IMG/VR virus record: IMGVR_UViG_3300013426_000023
Span: 32,001-96,000 of that record
Reading direction: 5' to 3' (one strand)
Length of the DNA: 64,000 bases
Source of the DNA: a virus
Taxonomy: Duplodnaviria > Caudoviricetes
A program made the translations under genes and the position numbers. This document shows, one piece after another, positions 56,901-64,000 of the stretch. The notes below the pieces were generated by a model. The model made no database searches and had not been told where the DNA came from. It saw only the letters and a list, made by a program, of their open reading frames with translations. Positions within the stretch are counted from its first letter, which is position 1. Each line of letters starts with the position of its first letter.

Positions 56901-59900
56901 ATTTATGGCAATCTGATGATACTGTACTTGATGCAAGATTTGAGGTAAGGTATCCATCAAATAAAAATGCACATGATTATCAAAACTTCAAGGACTTGAC
57001 TAATATTATATCACAGATGCCTATAGAGCCTAATCTATACACAACAGAAAAGGGTAATATTACTTCTGTTGATATGAGTAGTGGTAAGGGTGTTATGGAA
57101 TATAAATATGATTCTACTTCTGAAGCATTTGTTGAGAAAGGTAGTAGATATAATTTCTATACTGACCCTAATGCAATGCCTCCTATAGAGGATATACCAC
57201 TTAGCTTTCCAAGTGCATTCTCATATTTTGTTGTTGCAATGTTATTTGGATTAGTTGATAATTTTGGTAAGAATCAGACATATAGAAGTTGGAATGGAGG
57301 TAAATATTATATAGATTTCTATGACCTTGACACTGCATTAGGTGGTAGTAATCAAGGTGCATTGGATATTGGTGCAGATACTTGGACAAAATATTTATAT
57401 AATAATATAATAAAAGGAAAGACATATGGTTATCTTGCAGAATCATTCAAACAACCTGCTACATTGACAGAGGATAATCAACCTACAGGTATATATTCAT
57501 CAAGTAATGTAATATCTGTAAACAGTAATAAATTATGGTTATCAATAGATAGTTATTATGTAAGAAGAGCATATGGTAGTGATTCTACAAGTAATTATTC
57601 ACAATATTGGAGTAATTTAAGAGAATTTCTTTATAATAAAGCTAAAAGTAAAGGCTATTCTACTTTCTCAGATTATTTTATTGAAGAATATTATAAAAAA
57701 CAAACAAAACAATGTGGCTGTTTGTTATTTAATTATGATTATAGGTTAAAATACTTAATGCAATTTGATAACAAAGAAGATTATTCAAAAACTTCATTCT
57801 TAAGTAAATTACATGGTAGAAAAATAGAATATTGTAGAGATTGGTTGAAAAAACATATAATGTTTCTTGATACTGTATTTCATTGGAGAAGTTCAGTCAT
57901 ATATAATTTCCCTAATGATGTTTCATCAGTATTAAATAATAATACTTATTCTGTTACAGAATATTTTCCTATGAAAGTAAATAAACCACTTGTTGTATAT
58001 AGTGGTCTTGGTGATGAAGTTAAATCGTTTTATTTCATGCCTAGAAATACTGCAATAAATATTAACTTAGGTAATATAAAATCACAATCAGATTTGACAT
58101 GGAATTTTGATAATTCTTCTTCTATAATAGAACTTGGAAATACAGTAACAAAATTGTCAGATATAAACATAAGAAAATTTGATAGTGCTTCAAATGCAAA
58201 TCCTATAACATATAGTGGACTTCCTTCATTGACAACACTTGATATGTCAAATGCAAGTGTAATAAATAAAGATTTCAAATTAAGCAATGTGTTTGATACA
58301 GCTCCTGTGTCTGAGTTAAGAGAAATTGATTTTAGTAATACAAAATGTACTAATAACGGTACTTTCTCATTAGATTTAGTTCTTAGTAATGGTGACACTA
58401 AATATAGAAAACTTACTAAAATAAACATAAATAATTCACAAGCTATAAGTAATCTTAGTATACCTAAGATACCACTACAGGAACTCATAGTACAAAACTC
58501 AGCAATAACTAACTTTGAACTTGTAAATCAAAAATATCTTAATGAGGTATCTCTTGATGGTTGTAATAATTTGACTACAATAGTTATAAGTGGTTGTGAT
58601 AAATATGAGAATATCAATCTTAGTAATCTTGTAAATGTAAGAAATGTTACAATAACAAGTAATATAAATTTAAAGACTGTTACAATTGATAATTTACAAT
58701 CATTACAAAGTATACAGATTGAGAATTGCAAGAACTTAGAAACAATAAAAATAAATAATTGTGATAAGTTAGTAAGTTCAGGTAGTAATAAACTTAGAAT
58801 AACTGAATGTAGCAATTTAAAAACTTTAGATGTTTCTTACTGTAGTTTATTACAATATATAGATATAAGTTCTGAATCATATAAGAATATAACAACTTTT
58901 GATGCATCATATACATCACTTACAAAATTAAAAAATGTAGATGGTGAACCTCTGAACTTATATGATTGGAATGCACTCAATGATGTTAATTTAGGTTATA
59001 ATACATCCTTGAAATCAGTACAATTTAGAAATGATAAATCAAATCCTGTTCCTTTTAAACATTCATTTTATGGATGTAATAATCTTGAAAGAGTTTATGG
59101 TTGTTGTATGTTATATGTAACTTCTCCTAATGCATTATTTCAAGATTGTAAAAAATTTAGTATACAAGGTATTAGAAGTAGTGAAGATGATATATTGACT
59201 TGGAATGGATTTAATGTATTAGCTACAAATTATGTTAAAACTGTATGGGATGTAAAACCAAATGCTACGTTTGATAACACTTTCCAAGAAGGTAAGAAAG
59301 TAACTAATTTTAAATTACAAAATACTTCAAATGTGTTAAATAATTTATTCTATAATACTAATGTTACAGCATTTGATGTATATTATATGTTGTTCATATT
59401 ATCACAAAGTCCAAACCAAAACTGTTCTATATTTTATACATTTGTATCATCAAATACAATAGATGCTTTTGATTGGGCAAAAGGTAGAGTATTTAGTGTA
59501 AATATGTTTAAAGGTTGTAAAAATTTAACATCATTTGGAGACCAATCAATAAGAGTGATAAATAATAATATCATGTTTTTACCTACAGGTATATTTGAAC
59601 CTCTTGAAAATTTAAATTCAATTATACAAAATGGTATAAATTATGTATGCTATAATGATATATTTAAAAGAACTGATAATAAAACATATCCTATAATAAA
59701 ATTTACATATTTTTATATACAAAATATTATACAAGCTGATGATAAATCAATAAATGCAGAATTATATGAAAATTATTCAAATTCAGATTGGATTAAGACA
59801 AACAAATTAAAATTTGGTGACTTTACAGGTGTATTTGAAAGTTTACCTAATTTACAAACAATAGACGCTTCCTTTAGTTGTCAATTTATTGATTATTCAA

Positions 59901-61633
59901 CTATAAAGTTTGGTAATAATAAGAATTTAAGTTCAATAAATAATGTATTTAAATGTAGTTATGGTAAAGGAAATATTGACTTACATACAATGTTTCCTCT
60001 TACAAATTACTCTAATTTTAGGTATTTAATTATGTCTTTTAGATGTAATGGTGTTGATACTGATTATGGTGATAAACCTACTATTTCATTTGATAATTCT
60101 TCATTTAATATGATGCCTAATGTATATAAATTAGGAGGTTCAATTAATAATGATTATGGACAAAGTAAATTGACTTATTCATTTGAAGGATTTGATAAAT
60201 CAATTAATGGAAATTTTCCAGTTGAAATCTTCAGTAATCTTCATAAACTTGAACAGTGTATTGGTATTTTTTCAAATATTGATTATACTGGAAATTCATT
60301 TGATTTCCCTGGAAATATGTTTATTAATTGTCCAAATTTAACAGCTATTACAGGATTGTTTGATAAAGCTAATTTTCCTATTAAACTTACATCTGATGGA
60401 TTTAAGAATTGTACTAAATTAAAAGATGTATCTTTTTTATTTAGGACAAATCTTTCTGTTACAAAAAGAAGTAAGATGATAACAAGTATACCTTATCATT
60501 TTTTCTATCATGGTAGTAAGAAAGTTACAAATGAAACAATTTATGGTACAAACCAAACAGAAAAACCAGATGAAAACTACAATTTAGATGAGTTATTGAC
60601 TGCAAAGAAATCATATGAAATTGTGAATAACAACATAACTAATATGGAGTATTGTTTTAGTGGTTGCATAAACTTACAAGAATATGTCAGAGAATCTACT
60701 ACATTACCAATATTAAATCCAGATTATTGTCCATTTAAATGGGAATATAAAAATAATTCTTGGATAGAGACTTCTGATGAAAATAAAAAACCATATATAG
60801 GATATTGGGGATTTGATGGAAATAATATTTATACTGATGGTACTACTTATACAGAAGAAAATACCGTTTATTATGACAATGATGTAGAATTAGCACAATC
60901 AAGTACAAATAATTTTGTTCCTACATTAAATTATATTTGTGCTCCAGACTTATTCAGATATTGTCAATCCAATGCAATAATAACTTACATATTTAGTTCA
61001 AATGGTCTTTCTTATGCAGGTAATGCATCAGGTGCAAATGCAACATCAGAAAGTGAACTTTATACTATAGGTATGAAAGGTAGAATACCAGAATATTTAT
61101 TATTACCTATATCAAATATCTATAACCTATCTTATATGTTCTATAATTGTAAGACAATTAGTCCTGTAATAAAGAATGGTGTTACATATCTTATACCTAA
61201 GAATTTCTTTAGTTATGCTCCTAATATAACTAATTTAAGCAAGACTTTTTCTGGTATGATGATAGATTATAATGTAAATCTTAATATATTTAGTACATTA
61301 CTTAAGTCTATAGATGTTAGAGGTATATTCTCAAGTTGCAAATATTTGAAAAAAGATACTTCAAAAAATACAATAAGAGGTATATTCAATACTAATAAGA
61401 TAAGTGCTTGTTCTGGTGCTTTTACTCCTTTTGATATAACTTTGAATAGTAGTATTTATGGTATAGATTTTAATAGTAGGATTTATTATATATCTAATTC
61501 AACAAGTAATGTTATATTTAGAGATAACTTTAATAAAGGTTTATTACAAACAAATAAATATGATAGAGTTTATTATGGTTGTAGTGATGCACAAGATTCA
61601 GCAATAAATTCATCACCAAACAATTATAAGTAA
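53918..61633 (+). CDS. Giant appendage protein: LamG-like, CotH-kinase-like and LRR/BspA-like regions
   Basis: FTISICFK...IKVYIDG..IYLGG LamG; LQGTST, LKADVVDSSHSNN, VEGFP, GIYSFNLG, VDNFGKN, FYDLDTALG CotH-like; LRR LxxLxIxxCxxL and NMFxxCxNL repeats. Confidence 0.7.
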   Translation: MGSLKIKNNNGEDWKVLSSNNSKGISVTNQNLLEEGINYTSVDDVLERHEEDIDKLKRNVSWLAKHGGGGSGGSGGSTVTEATCKITVNEKENGSQIILTNSGLSIKLNDIDVKITGNWKVSISIGSTQIYTGSASFVNPTILLSANKIYDNLTNHTGLLHVTATYEDENKGIYGSASWDGTVVESNVEISVDNQDYTYEDLVGKELSIRYSSGVIGSYTLTIEAYKDNNKINSITEKINITTSSSSTINKIVTDLIKSSDATSTVGVYTLKFYLTNDNNTEVSGETSCNITIVSDEILIATTYMSEDILNPTEVSLDSTINTRFTAYLSGASFYSYTYSIDDINLLTSTGTFGEENIDFLSIKSLDLNVDDIKALKLSIKSGDNTATKTWYIKFVQAKNTLLTLDNSINAENIFHFDNTQYSEGVQDIENILSTGLVKTNLNLHYSNSLCGMRTNQTTRLPYYRISNGCYGTLGPWILNDVEYNTFNLFNRKREFTISICFKADYHPDDNRTIFFMGSTSSSSGEEGNIIKGISIDVHDIYINNESVAKLTDDTVNIVDIVCRQTEYKTMVGDELQTINGYIIKVYIDGVMTSVKEYSTYIFDNTIFNNIYLGGRPYSGKDKDEIAYLCDCSIYSLDIYTTVLDEYDIMIKYINNQVISKYVDGAPNYDIIGEQLRYNFCSRNSDGTVNSLLYNKAIGSYDISFLLSGNNLDINKLNTNAKEIGLPIMLIDVSNIPDWTFNNFVQLQSDDSRKLADADNVPIQYYDPNGSNSSVVKISGCTIALQGTSTLKDAVKNINITVPNDSVFIPKDTWFPEQTYTLKADVVDSSHSNNAAIGNFINTEFGTDVLDKNNLMPFDNTAISNVNESNYKKTQQPKVTLKHTVEGFPILLIMCFNTTDIGQISVTPLGIYSFNLGRNAYRNLGFKKLDSITVKDSTEKIEIGTYPFSMNNVQYNETDSDANWLEVGATASVPQLLNITENNVLPDNLDSSRGDLWQSDDTVLDARFEVRYPSNKNAHDYQNFKDLTNIISQMPIEPNLYTTEKGNITSVDMSSGKGVMEYKYDSTSEAFVEKGSRYNFYTDPNAMPPIEDIPLSFPSAFSYFVVAMLFGLVDNFGKNQTYRSWNGGKYYIDFYDLDTALGGSNQGALDIGADTWTKYLYNNIIKGKTYGYLAESFKQPATLTEDNQPTGIYSSSNVISVNSNKLWLSIDSYYVRRAYGSDSTSNYSQYWSNLREFLYNKAKSKGYSTFSDYFIEEYYKKQTKQCGCLLFNYDYRLKYLMQFDNKEDYSKTSFLSKLHGRKIEYCRDWLKKHIMFLDTVFHWRSSVIYNFPNDVSSVLNNNTYSVTEYFPMKVNKPLVVYSGLGDEVKSFYFMPRNTAININLGNIKSQSDLTWNFDNSSSIIELGNTVTKLSDINIRKFDSASNANPITYSGLPSLTTLDMSNASVINKDFKLSNVFDTAPVSELREIDFSNTKCTNNGTFSLDLVLSNGDTKYRKLTKININNSQAISNLSIPKIPLQELIVQNSAITNFELVNQKYLNEVSLDGCNNLTTIVISGCDKYENINLSNLVNVRNVTITSNINLKTVTIDNLQSLQSIQIENCKNLETIKINNCDKLVSSGSNKLRITECSNLKTLDVSYCSLLQYIDISSESYKNITTFDASYTSLTKLKNVDGEPLNLYDWNALNDVNLGYNTSLKSVQFRNDKSNPVPFKHSFYGCNNLERVYGCCMLYVTSPNALFQDCKKFSIQGIRSSEDDILTWNGFNVLATNYVKTVWDVKPNATFDNTFQEGKKVTNFKLQNTSNVLNNLFYNTNVTAFDVYYMLFILSQSPNQNCSIFYTFVSSNTIDAFDWAKGRVFSVNMFKGCKNLTSFGDQSIRVINNNIMFLPTGIFEPLENLNSIIQNGINYVCYNDIFKRTDNKTYPIIKFTYFYIQNIIQADDKSINAELYENYSNSDWIKTNKLKFGDFTGVFESLPNLQTIDASFSCQFIDYSTIKFGNNKNLSSINNVFKCSYGKGNIDLHTMFPLTNYSNFRYLIMSFRCNGVDTDYGDKPTISFDNSSFNMMPNVYKLGGSINNDYGQSKLTYSFEGFDKSINGNFPVEIFSNLHKLEQCIGIFSNIDYTGNSFDFPGNMFINCPNLTAITGLFDKANFPIKLTSDGFKNCTKLKDVSFLFRTNLSVTKRSKMITSIPYHFFYHGSKKVTNETIYGTNQTEKPDENYNLDELLTAKKSYEIVNNNITNMEYCFSGCINLQEYVRESTTLPILNPDYCPFKWEYKNNSWIETSDENKKPYIGYWGFDGNNIYTDGTTYTEENTVYYDNDVELAQSSTNNFVPTLNYICAPDLFRYCQSNAIITYIFSSNGLSYAGNASGANATSESELYTIGMKGRIPEYLLLPISNIYNLSYMFYNCKTISPVIKNGVTYLIPKNFFSYAPNITNLSKTFSGMMIDYNVNLNIFSTLLKSIDVRGIFSSCKYLKKDTSKNTIRGIFNTNKISACSGAFTPFDITLNSSIYGIDFNSRIYYISNSTSNVIFRDNFNKGLLQTNKYDRVYYGCSDAQDSAINSSPNNYK

Positions 61634-61645
61634 TATGATATTATA

Positions 61646-61685
61646 AGAGAACTACTTAGACTATTGTTTAAGTAGTTCTTTTTTT
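61646..61685 (+). terminator. Intrinsic terminator followed by a TATTTTTG promoter core
   Basis: AGAGAACTACTTAGAC-TATT-GTTTAAGTAGTTCTTTTTTTT. Confidence 0.7.
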
Positions 61686-61718
61686 ATATTTTTGCACAAA
61701 TTAATAAATAATATAAAT

Positions 61719-63614
61719 ATGAAAATAATAGATAATATACAAAAAAATGTTCTTCCTCCTATTAACACAAGAGCATTATGGATAGATGAAGATAATTTAC
61801 TTAAGATATTTAATAATGGTCATTGGCAAGGTGTTGGTTTCACCAAGGAAGATGAGACTTTACTTGACAAAATTGATAAAGAAATAGGTACTATCAATAA
61901 TGATATTGATATTATTAAATCTGAAATAGATATTGCTGGTTCTCCATCAAAACATATTATTCCTCTTTTGATTGGTAATGATGATGAAACTAAAGCTTCT
62001 AATTTGAAGAAACTTCAAACTCTTACTGATGCAGCAGACCAAACATTCTTTGCTGATATTAATTATGGTTATGGTACTGCTTCTTGGTTGCCTACTAAAG
62101 GTGGTACTGCATTTATTATAAATGATGATGGTAACGCTTTAAGTTATACTATTGGTGCTGATGGTAGTTGTATTAAAAATACTGATAGTGATGTTGATTT
62201 GAAGAAGAGTATTGATGATAGTAAGTTTGTTAATAAAATAACAAAATTAAGTGAAAATGCTATTACTGAATACTTTGTTAAAAGTATATATGATAATAAA
62301 ATCTATTCTATTAGTCAAAGTTTAAAAAAAGGTACTGGACAAAATACAGGACATGTTTTTTTAGATTTTACCTTTCAATATGGAGATTATTTTAATACTA
62401 TAGATAAGTACGGCATTCATGGAAATACTGTTAGTCAGTATAATAATACTGATGACAAAATATATAATTACAGTTTATCTTGTGATGGTTTACAGTTTGA
62501 TATTAATGGAAACAATATAAGTTATCAGATTGTAAGACTTGGTAAAGAAGGATTAGTGTTTAGAGATAAAACTGTAAAGGATATTCCATCATGCAAAAAT
62601 TCTTTCATCCATATAGGAGATACAGATGATGCTACATTATATACTCAAGTAGCACCTATAACTAATGGTAAGATACCAAGTAGATATATTCCTGATATAA
62701 GTATTGATAAAAAATATTTATATACTGATAATACTAATTTGGTATTAGGTGGAAAAAATAACGCATCTTCTGTTCAATTGTTATTTAAAGGAGGAATTAA
62801 AATTGGAAATACTAATAGTTCTGGAAAATATATTACTACAGAATATAGCAATAATCAAGCAAGTAATAACTACTTCGCTACTGATGGTTCTATTCAATCT
62901 ATAACAGACAAAATAGATGAAGCAATAGAGAATAAAGTAGATGCTATTGATGGTGTAGCAGATTACCTTACTGTTACATCTCAACTTGTAGTTACGAGTT
63001 CTACTGCAACACAAGGTGGAGAATCTGGTGGTACTCCTGACGAAGGAATTACAATAACTCCAACTGGAATTATAATTGATACTGATTATGATAATGATGA
63101 TGGAATATTTTTAACAAATGGTACTGTAGCGTCTTTAACAGATAAGATTTCAGCTTATATGACGGCTCATCCATCATCTAGTTCTTCAGATGTAGGTTTA
63201 AGTTATAACAATACTTTTACTGGAGAGATTAATACATTCAAAGGAAGAGTTGCACTTGGAAGTGATAGTAGTGTTGTAAATCTGAAAGGAATAAATAGTA
63301 ATGATTTCAAAGGTCTTGAACTTGGTATTTATGATAATGCTAAATGTGGTATAAAGACTCATAGTGGAGAATCTAATGAATATTATGCTACTGATGGAAG
63401 TTTGCAAAATATTACTACTAAGATTGCTGAATACATTAAAGCTAATCCTGTAAATGCAAGTATAACAGCAGCTACTCCTACAGCAATAGGTGGAGTTAAA
63501 CAAATAGCTGCTCCTGCTGCATTAAGTGCAAGTGCATCAAATGCTGAGATAATAGCAAGAGTAAATAGTATAATAACAGCCCTTACTTCATGTGGAGTAT
63601 TTAAGGGTGCTTAA
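61719..63614 (+). CDS. Tail/head fibre-like protein
   Basis: PPINTRALWID...LKIF.NG.W N-terminus, APITNGKIPSRY, repeated ATDGS modules, C-terminal AATPTAIGGVKQ...VNSIITAL..GV; start moved to ATG 61719. Confidence 0.7.
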   Translation: MKIIDNIQKNVLPPINTRALWIDEDNLLKIFNNGHWQGVGFTKEDETLLDKIDKEIGTINNDIDIIKSEIDIAGSPSKHIIPLLIGNDDETKASNLKKLQTLTDAADQTFFADINYGYGTASWLPTKGGTAFIINDDGNALSYTIGADGSCIKNTDSDVDLKKSIDDSKFVNKITKLSENAITEYFVKSIYDNKIYSISQSLKKGTGQNTGHVFLDFTFQYGDYFNTIDKYGIHGNTVSQYNNTDDKIYNYSLSCDGLQFDINGNNISYQIVRLGKEGLVFRDKTVKDIPSCKNSFIHIGDTDDATLYTQVAPITNGKIPSRYIPDISIDKKYLYTDNTNLVLGGKNNASSVQLLFKGGIKIGNTNSSGKYITTEYSNNQASNNYFATDGSIQSITDKIDEAIENKVDAIDGVADYLTVTSQLVVTSSTATQGGESGGTPDEGITITPTGIIIDTDYDNDDGIFLTNGTVASLTDKISAYMTAHPSSSSSDVGLSYNNTFTGEINTFKGRVALGSDSSVVNLKGINSNDFKGLELGIYDNAKCGIKTHSGESNEYYATDGSLQNITTKIAEYIKANPVNASITAATPTAIGGVKQIAAPAALSASASNAEIIARVNSIITALTSCGVFKGA

Positions 63615-63624
63615 AAATTAGCTT

Positions 63625-64000
63625 ATGTTTTTTACAAAAGAAGATTTTCAAAGGATTGAAAATTACTTAAAAAATAAATCTATAAGAGATACAGAGTTTC
63701 CTACTACATATCATGTTAATGATATTGATACAATAGTAATAACACAAGATAATTATAATAAAAAATTATCAATAGGAAACTTTGTAAACTCTTTAGGCTT
63801 ATTTGATAAGTATAATTATTTTATTAATGTAACTGAAAAGTATAATGCTGAAAGTATTACTTTAAATGAAGCAATATCACTAATTCCATCAAAAGATAGA
63901 AGAAAAGGTGCTGTGATAACATTTCTCAATACAAAAGATACATGGGAAACTTATCAATTTATAGGGTCTTTAGTACAATGGAATATGCCAGAAATGTGGC
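63625..64000 (+). CDS. crAss-like tail/fibre-associated protein, 3' end outside the window
   Basis: MFFTKEDFQRIENYLKNKSIRDTEF...AISLIPSKDRRKGAVITF...WETYQFIG, open to the edge; missing from the track. Confidence 0.7.
   Translation, partial: MFFTKEDFQRIENYLKNKSIRDTEFPTTYHVNDIDTIVITQDNYNKKLSIGNFVNSLGLFDKYNYFINVTEKYNAESITLNEAISLIPSKDRRKGAVITFLNTKDTWETYQFIGSLVQWNMPEMW

Noticed and set aside
42987-63503. Minus-strand ORFs within the late block
   Set aside because: Antisense shadows of long structural genes
1-64000. Stop-codon reassignment (TAG/TGA) or a suppressor tRNA, as in some crAss-like phages
   Set aside because: Genes up to 2571 aa are intact in code 11, TAG and TGA end several well-tiled genes, and tRNA-Gln has UUG rather than CUA. 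One suggestive TAG-EDKQ-TGA at 28442-28460 is not enough.
53918-64000. Diversity-generating retroelement or invertible fibre locus
   Set aside because: No reverse transcriptase, recombinase or long TR/VR-like nucleotide repeat pair seen in the window
1-64000. CRISPR array
   Set aside because: No regularly spaced 25-45 nt direct repeats seen

Overview
This is a 64 kb segment of an AT-rich crAss-like (Crassvirales) phage genome in standard genetic code. The host is most likely Bacteroidota, judged from repeated TTTG-N19/20-TAnnTTTG promoters. The left ~35.5 kb is on the minus strand. Read in transcription order, it holds small early/accessory genes (including a GC-richer cassette island with a Tad2/DUF2829 anti-defence gene) and then the replication and nucleotide block: SF2 helicase, DnaB, AAA ATPase, SSB-like protein, primase, rIIA/rIIB, UDG, two PD-(D/E)xK nucleases, NrdD/NrdG, dUTPase, retropepsin, PolB, PI-PLC and ThyX. 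It ends in the 5' part of a giant virion RNA polymerase polyprotein that runs off the window and is missing from the ORF track. The right ~28 kb is on the plus strand: a 1439-aa multi-enzyme cell-wall protein, six tRNAs, small membrane genes, HU-like and GroES-like genes, terminase, portal, an LTD/purple-acid-phosphatase protein, a 2571-aa LamG/CotH-kinase/LRR protein and fibre genes. Four signals stand out. (1) A promoter-to-terminator, ORF-free, rod-folding ~250-nt RNA sits at the early/late switch. (2) A phosphatase and a CotH-like kinase are adjacent in the structural module directly behind the portal. (3) The cell-wall polyprotein has its domains punctuated by paired di-glycine motifs. 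(4) Zincin, permuted-SLOG and A1S_2505-like domains are fused ahead of the virion RNAP. All calls come from reading motifs by eye; no searches were run.
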